From positions 100,435 through 164,434 of the forward strand of contig CAVRCJ010000015.1 in the NCBI GenBank assembly GCA_963719515.1: 64,000 nt of DNA, written 5' to 3'. This document shows positions 28,563-37,607 of this stretch, piece after piece. The position numbers were made by a program, and so were the translations under genes. This DNA is from an uncultured cyanobacterium. Its GTDB lineage: Bacteria > Cyanobacteriota > Cyanobacteriia > CAKZMO01. A model generated the notes under the pieces. The model was not told where the DNA came from. It did not search any database and saw nothing but the letters and a program-made list of their open reading frames with translations. Numbering within the stretch: position 1 is the stretch's first letter; every line of letters starts with the position of its first letter.

Positions 28563-28613
28563 GCGGTCTTCTAGAGTAGCATAGTTATGCTGAAACTCTC
28601 GCGCTGGTAACCC

Positions 28614-30071
28614 ATGGTAGCTGCCGACTCCACCCCTCAATCTTCCGCCCCATTACACCCTTTAAACAACTGGTGGGGCAAGCTTGTCGCCATCATCGCT
28701 GTTGCCAATCTAGCGATCGCCCTTTTCAACGTCAGCTACCTGCCGCTGCGCAACCTCTACCTACGATACCTCCCCGCCGTCGTCACCGCCTACGACCCCG
28801 TCAAAGGCATTGAGGCTCATCCCACCACTTCTGCCTATATTCGGGCTGTCGATGCGCTCCACGAGCAAGTTGAAGGGGCCCCGAGCCTTGAATCCGTGGG
28901 GGTTGGAGAGGCCCTAGCCCAGCTTCGGCAGCAGAGCGAGGCCCTAATTCAAGAAAATCCGTTCGCCTCAGCCGGGCAGTTCGGCACCTTTGCCAAGCTA
29001 AAGCGCCGCATTCTAGGTGAGACTCAAGCAAACAGCGCCCTGGAAGCCTTCCAAATCTACTGGAGCAAGGATTTTCTTAACCAGACCGGCTGGCCTGAGG
29101 CTTACGAATTTTTTCAAAAAAAGCTGGAGCCGCTGCTCGCGCGCAACTACTTCCGCACCACGGACGACAACGGCCAGATTGTCGATCGCTTCTGGCAAAT
29201 CGATCTGTGGTTTGGGGCCTTCTTCTTAGCTGAGTTTTTGCGGCAGACGCTGTTTGAGAGCCTGCGTCGACCGGGAATCTCTTGGCTAGATGCCATGCTG
29301 CGCCGCTGGTATGACGGCTTTCTCATTCTGCCGCTGTGGCGCTGGCTGCGGATAATTCCGGTGACGGCGCGGCTCAATCAGTCTGGGCTTGTGAATCTAG
29401 AGCGGGTCATTCAGCAGGTGACCCATGAGCCTGCGGCCTACCTCTCAGAGCGGGTGGCAACCTTTGCCCTAGTGCGGCTGCTCAACCAGGCGAAGGAATC
29501 GGTGGAGACGGGGGCGCTGGTGCAGGCGCTTCTCGGCGGGGAAAAGCCCTATATTCAGATTTCTGACGTGGACAAGGTAGATGCGTTGAGCGATCGCCTG
29601 CTTGATATGGCCATTTACCGCGTGCTGCCCAAGGTGCAGCCTGACGTGGAGGCGCTGCTGCGCCACAGCATTCAAGGAGCCGTCAAGGAGTCCGACGTCT
29701 ATCGGGGGCTACAGCAGATGCCTGGCTTAGATAACGTTCCGGAGGCGGCAATAGTCGATCTGTCAGATTTCTTAGCCCGTCAAACCTATGAAGTGCTGGT
29801 GGAGTCCTATAGCGACGAAGAGGGCCGGGTCTTGTTTGAGCGATTAACCCAAGATTTTCGGGGGGCTTTCCTAGAAGAGCTGCAGGATGCCAAGACCCAG
29901 CGAGAGCTGCAAAACTTGTTGGCGGGGCTTCTAGAGGAAGTAAAGCTCAACTATGTCCAGGGCGCGACAAACAACGACCCAGAGGCCACCTTAGCTGAAG
30001 CCGATCAGCTCAAAGCCGTCTCCTCACCTCCGGCGTCCCCGGCAGGGCCCGACGCTATGTCGAACGGCTAG
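28614..30071 (+). CDS. Conserved hypothetical membrane protein
   Basis: Long ORF with N-terminal TM and an ion-channel-like segment RWYD..LILPLWRWLRIIPV..RL. Confidence 0.7.
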   Translation: MVAADSTPQSSAPLHPLNNWWGKLVAIIAVANLAIALFNVSYLPLRNLYLRYLPAVVTAYDPVKGIEAHPTTSAYIRAVDALHEQVEGAPSLESVGVGEALAQLRQQSEALIQENPFASAGQFGTFAKLKRRILGETQANSALEAFQIYWSKDFLNQTGWPEAYEFFQKKLEPLLARNYFRTTDDNGQIVDRFWQIDLWFGAFFLAEFLRQTLFESLRRPGISWLDAMLRRWYDGFLILPLWRWLRIIPVTARLNQSGLVNLERVIQQVTHEPAAYLSERVATFALVRLLNQAKESVETGALVQALLGGEKPYIQISDVDKVDALSDRLLDMAIYRVLPKVQPDVEALLRHSIQGAVKESDVYRGLQQMPGLDNVPEAAIVDLSDFLARQTYEVLVESYSDEEGRVLFERLTQDFRGAFLEELQDAKTQRELQNLLAGLLEEVKLNYVQGATNNDPEATLAEADQLKAVSSPPASPAGPDAMSNG

Positions 30072-30191
30072 GCCTATCGATCGACAGCATCTCCTTTTGA
30101 TAGATAGAAAAGTAGTCTGTGAGACCCTACTATGAAATTACTCTCAAGTCAATTGACCTGAGTTAACCGAATTGAGGTAGGAGATACCGCT

Positions 30192-30374
30192 ATGAGTACT
30201 GAAGACAGAGCAAAAGCCACAGGCAAAAATATCCAGGGTAAAGCTCAAGAAGCTCTCGGCAACGTAACGGGCGATCCTCAGCAGCAAGCTGAAGGTAAAG
30301 CAAAGCAGACCGAAGCGCAGGCTGAGCACGCCAAAGAAGATGTAAAAGATAACGTCAAGAAAGCAATCGACTAG
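30192..30374 (+). CDS. csbD: CsbD family stress protein
   Basis: KNIQGKAQEALGNVTGD....AEGKAKQ. Confidence 0.9.
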   Translation: MSTEDRAKATGKNIQGKAQEALGNVTGDPQQQAEGKAKQTEAQAEHAKEDVKDNVKKAID

Positions 30375-30410
30375 TCTTACAGCGCTTGCGCTTAAGCAGC
30401 AACTGCTTTT

Positions 30411-30442
30411 TGCTCCTGGCCAGCCGGTCAGGAGCAGTTTTT
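30411..30442 (+). terminator. Intrinsic terminator after csbD
   Basis: tgctcctggcc-agcc-ggtcaggagca followed by a T tract. Confidence 0.75.
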
Positions 30443-30444
30443 AT

Positions 30445-30858
30445 AGGAAACGCCGTAAAACCCATCCACTTTAGCGGTGGGATATAAGGCGGTGAGCGTA
30501 GCAAACATATGCAAAACCCTTGCTGTGACTGGGATTTGCTATAGTAAAGGCGGTCAATGACCCACCCGAGACGCAGACGTAACAGACAGCCTAACGTGAC
30601 GAAATCGGCAATCAGCTGATGGCGCGGAAAGCTCGGTAGACCGGGAAAAGAGGATAGGGCAACGGAAACGACCCTAGAATCAACAATCGACATAGAATTC
30701 CTTGAATTCAACAAAGAAGAACCGCAGGGCTTGCGGGGATAGTCTGTGGAGCGATCGTAAGACCGGAAAGGTTTAGGCCTCGAAGGTAGATGCTACGAAG
30801 CAGAAAAATCTTGGAGCAATCCAAGAATCCCACGTGCTTTAGCCGTGGGAGTAGTCAA
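30445..30858 (+). mobile_element. ORF-less mini-element with ends of the 42343-43700 TnpB element, 414 bp
   Basis: TTAT at 30441-30444. Left end cgccgtaaaacccatcc..tttagcggtggg..ggtgagcgtagc and right end gctacgaagcagaaaa..tcttggagcaatccaagaatcccacg..ctttagccgtgggagtagTCAA match the full element. Confidence 0.9.
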
Positions 30859-31108
30859 AGCGCCCTTCTTCAACTCCAATCTGACCCAAGCTATTCAGAC
30901 CCCTATTGCCATGCCGGAATCAACCCCTGCTTCTAACGCTCCCCAGGCCGACGATCCTCAAAAGACCGCTGGACCCGCCGCACCTACAGATGCCGCTGTT
31001 CCTTCGCCCGACAGTCTACCTGCCGATACTGACGCCCCATCGCCCACCGGAGACATCAGCAACGACCCGCCCGGGGCTCGCCCTGCTCCGTAGGCTCGCA
31101 GCGAGACC

Positions 31109-31771
31109 CTAGAGCAGCCCTCGGTAACGAATGAAAAGCAAAAGCGTGACCCAAGCGCCCAGCGCAACTTTGATGGCGACAATAATATTGAGTAGCGGTA
31201 TCCAGCCGCCGCTAATGAGCGAGGCCATTTCGCCTTGGGGCAGCGCCAACCCAACCCAGCTGAGGGCCGCGATCGCCACGAAGGCCAGTACCGAAGCTTT
31301 TTCCCACAGGGCGGCGCGCCAGCGCCGGTAGACCTCATCCATCCAGGTTGAATCGGAGGTGATGGCGATGAGGCCAATGGCGGTGCCCCCCGCGACCCCC
31401 GCCGCAAACCCGCCGCCGGGGCTGAGATGCCCCCGCAGGGCAAGCTCAATGCTGATGAGCGCGGCGATCGTTGCCCCTAGCCTAGCCAATACGATAGAGG
31501 GCTGGTCGGTGAACTGGTAGACGGTCTTAGAGGGCTGTTCGTCGGCCAAGAGAAATTTGACGCCCATGGTCGCGATGCTGAACACGACGACCTCAAAAAT
31601 CGTATCGTAGAGGCGATTTCTAAAGATGATTCCCGAAACCGCGTTGGGAACGCCGCTGTCTTCGACCACCAGCCCAACAATATTCAGGCCGCTAACGTCT
31701 AGCGCAAAGTTGGGCAGAAAAAGGATTTTGAGGTAGAACAGGACTCCCGCGAAAATATAGATCCACTTCAT
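31109..31771 (-). CDS. mrpB: Mrp/Mnh Na+/H+ antiporter subunit B
   Basis: RLYDTIFE and RGHLSPGGGFAAG. Confidence 0.9.
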   Translation of the reverse strand: MKWIYIFAGVLFYLKILFLPNFALDVSGLNIVGLVVEDSGVPNAVSGIIFRNRLYDTIFEVVVFSIATMGVKFLLADEQPSKTVYQFTDQPSIVLARLGATIAALISIELALRGHLSPGGGFAAGVAGGTAIGLIAITSDSTWMDEVYRRWRAALWEKASVLAFVAIAALSWVGLALPQGEMASLISGGWIPLLNIIVAIKVALGAWVTLLLFIRYRGLL

Positions 31772-31779
31772 GGCGTCAG

Positions 31780-32433
31780 TTAGGGGGCTAGGGTAACATC
31801 GTGCTTGACTATCGGCGCATCTGGCGCAATATAGCTCAGCGCTATTGAGTCGGAAAGCTCGCGCAGGATGTTGTAGAGATGCTGTACTCGAACCTGCAGA
31901 TGCAAGCGTTCCGTAGGCGACGTAACGCAGATAGCGTGGACCTCCTTGGCCGCGATCGCCTGCTCTAGAGCCTGAACGCTCGGATAGCCCACCAGCTCTA
32001 TGCTCAGATGGTGCTTGCGCAAAGCGACCTGTAGCCCAGACTGTAGCTTATCGGCTACAGATTGATCGACCACGAGTTCATCCGTCACGCGCTCATCTAT
32101 CACGAATTTATGAGCTGTAGACTTGTCGGCCACAGATCCCCTGGCGCTGTCGACCACGGGCGAAGTTTCAGACGCTACCCCGAGCATGCCAATCCGCACC
32201 GTCATAGACGAGCGAACCGCCACCGCGTAAAGGGTAATCGAGAGCATGGTGCCTACTAGGGCCTCAGTAAGGGCCACATCTGCGGCCCCAAGCAGCGCGT
32301 AGACCAAAGCGGCGATCGCCCCCAAAATGCCGCGCATCACTAGGGCATGATAGGGATTTACCTGGACGACCAGCATGACTGCCGTCAGGGGCAGCAGGGC
32401 CACAATTGCGATGACATAGGGTTCATTGGTCAT
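31780..32433 (-). CDS. Mrp-associated DUF4040 subunit
   Basis: GAADVALTEALVG, within the mrp operon. Confidence 0.85.
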   Translation of the reverse strand: MTNEPYVIAIVALLPLTAVMLVVQVNPYHALVMRGILGAIAALVYALLGAADVALTEALVGTMLSITLYAVAVRSSMTVRIGMLGVASETSPVVDSARGSVADKSTAHKFVIDERVTDELVVDQSVADKLQSGLQVALRKHHLSIELVGYPSVQALEQAIAAKEVHAICVTSPTERLHLQVRVQHLYNILRELSDSIALSYIAPDAPIVKHDVTLAP

Positions 32434-32746
32434 CTACCCGCCTCCCTGCTGAGCTGTGGCCAATCGAGCTGTAGCCAATCGAGCTGTGGGTCGAACAGTA
32501 GGCCAATACATACCCCAGCACCGTATTCCAAATCGCCAGGGAAATTAGCGCTAGCAGCAGCAGCGGCCACTCCCGAGGAATCTTTAGCAGCAGCCCTACG
32601 ACGATGCTCATTGAGCCCAAGGTATCGGATATAGATAAGCTGTGGAGCTTGAACAGCACCGAGCGATCGCCCAGCAGCGGCACCGTGCCCCAGAACCAAA
32701 ACACCAAGCCAAGGACAATGCAGCCGTAGCTCACTATCGAAATCAT
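32423..32746 (-). CDS. mrpG: Mrp subunit G
   Basis: KLHSLSISDTLG. Confidence 0.85.
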   Translation of the reverse strand: MISIVSYGCIVLGLVFWFWGTVPLLGDRSVLFKLHSLSISDTLGSMSIVVGLLLKIPREWPLLLLALISLAIWNTVLGYVLAYCSTHSSIGYSSIGHSSAGRRVDDQ

Positions 32747-32758
32747 GTCAGTCTCTCC

Positions 32759-33007
32759 TTACTCATTCACCCGGCGAATCACGTGGGCCATGAGCATCAG
32801 CGCCGCATTACCCACGCTCAAAATCAGCACTCCTACGACACCAATCATCCAGTCGTCCCGCAGCACCGACACCGCCAAAATCATCACTGAGGCTTTGGTT
32901 GAGATGCTGGCAAAAGCCAGCATCTTTTGCCAAATATCTTCGTCTTGCGAAGCCTCATAGAGCGGAATAAGCAGTGCGACCACCATCACAATCAAAACTG
33001 TATTCAT
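32759..33007 (-). CDS. mrpF: Mrp subunit F-like
   Basis: 82-aa three-TM protein between mrpE and mrpG. Confidence 0.72.
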   Translation of the reverse strand: MNTVLIVMVVALLIPLYEASQDEDIWQKMLAFASISTKASVMILAVSVLRDDWMIGVVGVLILSVGNAALMLMAHVIRRVNE

Positions 33008-33411
33008 CGCCGCTCTCCTACGCGTCGCGGCAGACGAGGAAGCACCCGGTGTACCTCGTACCAGCCTTCATCGCGGCAGTTTAGCACGATAGTTTTGGGG
33101 GTAAAGGTGATGAGAAAAATGTCAAGAAATACGAGTCCTGGCGTCCGCTGTGACTTGACCTGCTCAAAAATAGTGTCCTCTCGCGTATGGGGGCGAATCA
33201 TTATTTCTATTGCCTCAAAGTATGCCTGAGGCACGGCTACAATAATTTCCCAAATCGCTCTCAGCCAGTCCTTGAGCGCTGGGGGAGCGCTAGTGCTGCG
33301 GGGCAGCAGTAGGGAAACGGCGACGCCAATGGCAACGTTGGCCGGGCTAATATCGGCAGTGAGCAAAAACCAAATCGTGAGTCGCAGCAGCAAATCCAAG
33401 TAGCCAATCAT
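33004..33411 (-). CDS. mrpE: Mrp subunit E
   Basis: IWFLLT and LITFTPKTIV. Confidence 0.85.
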   Translation of the reverse strand: MIGYLDLLLRLTIWFLLTADISPANVAIGVAVSLLLPRSTSAPPALKDWLRAIWEIIVAVPQAYFEAIEIMIRPHTREDTIFEQVKSQRTPGLVFLDIFLITFTPKTIVLNCRDEGWYEVHRVLPRLPRRVGERR

Positions 33412-34892
33412 GTCAAAACCATCCAGAACAGTAGGGTCAACATCAGGCTCATAACCCCGATGAGGTGCTCAAGCCGCTCAGCGGCGCGGGGGAGCTTAAG
33501 GGTTGAGTGCCGCACAATGAACCAATAGGCCGCCCAGCCTACGGCAACAGTGGCGAGGGACTTACCTAAGTTGCTCAAGCTATAGGCTTCGAGATAGGCG
33601 ATGTTGCCAAGGACGAGAGCGCCCAAAAGCAGCCCTACGGCAGGCCAAAAGCCCGGCTTAGCTTTGGTTTCCGGGTCGTGTCGCCCGTGGGGCAAGAAAA
33701 TAAACTTAGCAAAGGAGATAGCTGTTCCCACCGCCGCCACATTGAGGGCAATGACCTGCCAGGGAAGTACGTTCTTCACCGTCAGCGCCTTGGCCCCAAA
33801 GCCTGCTAGCAGGGGTAGCCCAGAAATGGAGGCGCTTGCCGCCGCTAGCGCTATCCACATCGGGGTCGAAATCCCCGTTTTCTTCAACGTTTTGAAGTCT
33901 CGGCTGGGCAGATTGCCCGCGCCCAGAAAGAGCGCCGATTTAACAAGACCATGGGTCAGGGCATAAAAGCCGCTGGCCACCGGGGCCGCCATCACAAAGC
34001 CAAGCTGGGAGACGGTGTGAAACGCCAGCATGCGCTTGGAGTCTTTTGAGAAGATAGCGTAGCTGACCCCTAGCAGCGCCGTCCCCACGCCAAATAGGCT
34101 GACCAGCGGAGCCACCTCGTCCACCAGCAGGGCGCAGCGCACTAGAGGAAACACCCCCGCCTTCACCACTACGCCCGACAGCAGCGCCGACACCGGCGTC
34201 TCAGACTCCGCATGGGTGAGCGGAAGCCATAGCCCCGACACAAACACCCCCCCTTTCGTGAGCAGCCCCAGAAAAATGAAGGCGATCGCCTCAGGCGGAG
34301 CGCTGCCCAGCCCGGCAAAGGCGAAGGAGCCGCTGGCCTTGTAGACCAGCAGCGCCCCAATCAGATAAAACAGCATGGCCGTGTTGCTGACAAACAGGTA
34401 GCGCAGGGCCACCCAGATAGCGCGGTTGGTGCGGGGATAGGCAATCAGCAGGAAGGCCGCAATGCCAATCACCTCCAGCGCCACGTAGAGGCTAATGAAG
34501 TCGGCGCAGATGAATGCCCCGTTGACGCTGCCGTGCAGGACCATCACCTGGGTATAGAAGAAAACTGACTTGTCGCTGCGCCAGCAATAGATCAGCACCG
34601 CCGTCGTGACCAAAGCGTTGGTGACGATGTAGTAGCCGCTCAGCGAATCGATCAGCAGGGTGACGCCGAAGTTGTCCAGCAGCTGCACCGGCAGGGGTTG
34701 AGAACCGATTTGGGGTAGGCCCCAGGCCAGAGAGATCAGGCTCACGACTAAGGCCAGATAGCGGGCCGCCCGGGTCACCAAATAGCCGCTGAATCCGGCG
34801 AAAAAGGGTAAGGCCACCAGCGCCAGGATGATCGTGACGCCTGGTGCGGCAAGGTTAAAGGGGACAGCGTTGGGCAAAGCGATCGCAGTCAT
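33408..34892 (-). CDS. mrpD: Mrp subunit D
   Basis: DFISLYVALE, WLPLTH, SALLSGVVVKAG and KRMLAFHTVSQLG. Confidence 0.9.
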   Translation of the reverse strand: MTAIALPNAVPFNLAAPGVTIILALVALPFFAGFSGYLVTRAARYLALVVSLISLAWGLPQIGSQPLPVQLLDNFGVTLLIDSLSGYYIVTNALVTTAVLIYCWRSDKSVFFYTQVMVLHGSVNGAFICADFISLYVALEVIGIAAFLLIAYPRTNRAIWVALRYLFVSNTAMLFYLIGALLVYKASGSFAFAGLGSAPPEAIAFIFLGLLTKGGVFVSGLWLPLTHAESETPVSALLSGVVVKAGVFPLVRCALLVDEVAPLVSLFGVGTALLGVSYAIFSKDSKRMLAFHTVSQLGFVMAAPVASGFYALTHGLVKSALFLGAGNLPSRDFKTLKKTGISTPMWIALAAASASISGLPLLAGFGAKALTVKNVLPWQVIALNVAAVGTAISFAKFIFLPHGRHDPETKAKPGFWPAVGLLLGALVLGNIAYLEAYSLSNLGKSLATVAVGWAAYWFIVRHSTLKLPRAAERLEHLIGVMSLMLTLLFWMVLT

Positions 34893-35260
34893 GGCGTATT
34901 GCTCCGCTCCACTTCCTGAGCCTCCAGAGTTGGGTTGTCCCGCGAGAGCTTCATCACCCCCACCAGCATCAGCGCTTGCACAGAGAAGCCAATCACGATC
35001 GCCGTTAAGATCACTGCCTGAGGCACGGGGTCGGCGTAGGCGACGGCCTCAGCCTTTAAGCCAGCAGTATCAACGGCGATGGGGCTGGCGGTGATGGGGA
35101 CAAATGAGCCGCTGCGGGACGCCACCAAGACATAGTAGGCAATCACCCCGGTGCTCATGACGTCCATGGACAAAATTTTCATGATCAAGTTGCGCTTCAG
35201 CACAATGCCGAAGAATCCGCAGAGGACAGTGGCGAATACGCAGGCTTCTAAAATAAACAT
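34889..35260 (-). CDS. mrpC: Mrp subunit C
   Basis: ADPVPQAVILTAIVIG. Confidence 0.92.
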   Translation of the reverse strand: MFILEACVFATVLCGFFGIVLKRNLIMKILSMDVMSTGVIAYYVLVASRSGSFVPITASPIAVDTAGLKAEAVAYADPVPQAVILTAIVIGFSVQALMLVGVMKLSRDNPTLEAQEVERSNTP

Positions 35261-35475
35261 AGGCGTTGGTTCGGCAACAAGGGAATAGGAGCGCTAAGGC
35301 TCAGACCGAGTCAGGTCTTGCGATCGCTCTCTCGCTAGGTCATTGGGTTCTGATGCAAGGCGTGAATTTGCTGCGTTGGATAGGCCTAAAGTTAGGCGGT
35401 AGGGCTATGGCGCTGCCGTGCCCTTGCCAAACGCATACCAAGATTGGCTAGACGGAAGAGGGCAGCAAAGCGGCG

Positions 35476-37176
35476 CTAAAGGGCTGCAGCCTCCGCGTCG
35501 ACATCTAGCCGCGCTCCTGGAAACACGTGGGTTACCGCTGTTCTGAGGGCCTCGGCGCGATCCATAAACTGGTGGTCTTCAGGCACCACGTCAAAGACTC
35601 TGAGCGTCTCTAAGCGTTGCCTTGTTTGCCCGTCCGCCCCGACGAGATAGACCTCTCGCCCTTCGTCAATGGCCTCTTTGACCGCATTCTCAATGGCTAG
35701 GGAGGCCGTCACCCCTAAGTGGGGAATATCGCTCACGTCAAAGATGATGGCGTCGCACTGGCTGATAGCGTTGTGCTCACGGGCGATCGCCTTAGCCACG
35801 CCGAAGATCATCGGTCCGCTGAGCTGGAACAGCAGCACCCGGCCATCCGCTTCATCGAGCCAGCGCTTCTCCGTAGCATTCAGCAGAATTGTATCGTCCG
35901 CATCGCTAATAGTTCTCACGCCCTTTTTCGACTGCAGGGCGGTCATGCGCTCAATCGTCAAGATATTGGCAACGAATACACCTACACCCACGGCAACAAT
36001 CAGATCCACCAGCACCGTCAGCAGAATCACCCCGTACATGATGAAGGCCGCTTTCTTCGAAATCCGGTGCGCTCGCTTGAGGAAGCTCCAGTCGATGATG
36101 TCGATACCCACTTTAAGGGCAATGCCAGCCAGCACCGCGAGGGGAATTGTTGCCGCTAGACCAGAGGCACCAAGAATTACCACCAGTAAGATGCCTGCGC
36201 GAACCAGGCCAGAGAGAGCGGTGCGCCCCCCGCTTTGAATGTTGACTACCGTGCCCATCGTGGCGCCGGCACCGGGAATACCGCCAAATAAACCGGACAT
36301 GATGTTGCCGAGACCTTGTCCAATCAGCTCTCTATTAGAGTTGTGCTCAGTGCGGGTCAAGCTGTCCGCCACCATAGAGGTCAACAGCGCATCAATACAG
36401 CCCAGCATCCCTAACACCGCCGCGTCCGCGAACATTAGCTGCAGCTGACTGGCGTTAAACATCGGGATCTGAATGGCCGGAAAGCCCGCAGAAATCTCAC
36501 CAATGCGGCGAATATCAACCCCCTGGAACAGCACTAGCGACAGCAGCGTACCGACAATCAGCGCCACAAGCTGAGGCGGCACAAACCGCTTAAATCGGGA
36601 CGGCATGAACCAGATGATAGCGACGCTAAGCACTGCCAGAATCGTTTCTACCGGCTGAATGTTGGCGAGCAAATCGGGGATAGACATCAGGGTGCCCACC
36701 ACCCCACCAGCAGGACTAGGCTGACCTAGGAAAGGAGCCAGCTGCAGGATAATGAGGATGATGCCGATGCCAGACATAAAGCCTGAGATCACCGTGTAGG
36801 GCATCATCGTCACGTATTTACCGAGGCGCAGCGCCCCGAAAATAATTTGAAAGACCCCGGCCAGCATGACCACGGTAAAGGCCATTGTCAACCCGTTCTC
36901 TGGGTCGGCGGCGACTAAGTGGGCGATGACCGCCGTCATCACCACCGTCATCGGGCCGGTAGGCTCGGAAATCAGGGTGGGGGTTCCTCCAAACAGAGAG
37001 GCAAAGAGACCCACCAGCACCGCGCCCCATAGACCCGCAGCAGCGCCCGCCCCCGAAGCAACACCAAAGGCGAGCGCCATGGGCAGAGCGATTACGGCAG
37101 CGGTAACACCTCCAAAGACGTCACCGCGTAAATTTCGAAAATGAATTCTATTGGTCAGCTGCACAGTATTAGACAA
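35476..37176 (-). CDS. bicA: SulP-family Na+-dependent bicarbonate transporter BicA
   Basis: GDVFGGVTAAVIALP, SEPTGPM, ELIGQG.GN, GAGATMGT and a STAS domain. Directly upstream of mrp. Confidence 0.9.
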   Translation of the reverse strand: MSNTVQLTNRIHFRNLRGDVFGGVTAAVIALPMALAFGVASGAGAAAGLWGAVLVGLFASLFGGTPTLISEPTGPMTVVMTAVIAHLVAADPENGLTMAFTVVMLAGVFQIIFGALRLGKYVTMMPYTVISGFMSGIGIILIILQLAPFLGQPSPAGGVVGTLMSIPDLLANIQPVETILAVLSVAIIWFMPSRFKRFVPPQLVALIVGTLLSLVLFQGVDIRRIGEISAGFPAIQIPMFNASQLQLMFADAAVLGMLGCIDALLTSMVADSLTRTEHNSNRELIGQGLGNIMSGLFGGIPGAGATMGTVVNIQSGGRTALSGLVRAGILLVVILGASGLAATIPLAVLAGIALKVGIDIIDWSFLKRAHRISKKAAFIMYGVILLTVLVDLIVAVGVGVFVANILTIERMTALQSKKGVRTISDADDTILLNATEKRWLDEADGRVLLFQLSGPMIFGVAKAIAREHNAISQCDAIIFDVSDIPHLGVTASLAIENAVKEAIDEGREVYLVGADGQTRQRLETLRVFDVVPEDHQFMDRAEALRTAVTHVFPGARLDVDAEAAAL

Positions 37177-37357
37177 CCTCTTAAGTGAAACAGTGGACAG
37201 GAACTTCAGATACTTGACACCCTCGTAGTGCTTTAGACCAGACTGTGAGCCAACGGTGTATCAACGGGCGGCTGTAGCCCTCGCAAGTGACCCATGGGCG
37301 CGATCGCCGCCTTATGACGGCAACTGCGACGCTAAGGGAAAGGTAAGTACCCTATAC

Positions 37358-37373
37358 ATAGAGATAAGTCTAT
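37358..37373. promoter_or_regulatory. ATAG-N8-CTAT box (NdhR/CcmR-type) upstream of bicA
   Basis: ATAGagataagtCTAT. Confidence 0.7.
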
Positions 37374-37607
37374 CAAAGTCTAATCAACCATTGACTGAAG
37401 TCTAGCCTAAAACCTAGATAAGCCTACTTTCTCATAAGGTTAGTTTTTCTAATAGTTAGGTAAAGCGAAACTTATCGTTAACGATAGCGGCTATGGTAGC
37501 AATAAATATTGTTAAGGTTGTCCGCAATATCTTTCCATAGGACGGAAATAGACTCTACACCTAAACTTAATGGTTAACCGTGGTGTAATCTTTTCGAGCG
37601 AGGAATT

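Noticed and set aside
30552..30720. Hammerhead ribozyme or group I intron (IStron) in the mini-element interiors
   Set aside because: CTGATGG and GAAA are present but I could not build the hammerhead stems or a P7 core. A covariance search is needed.
30845..31093. Pro/Ala-rich small ORF after the mini-element
   Set aside because: Low complexity, no motif, and the called start lies inside the element end. It may be real from ATG 30911 but is unsupported.
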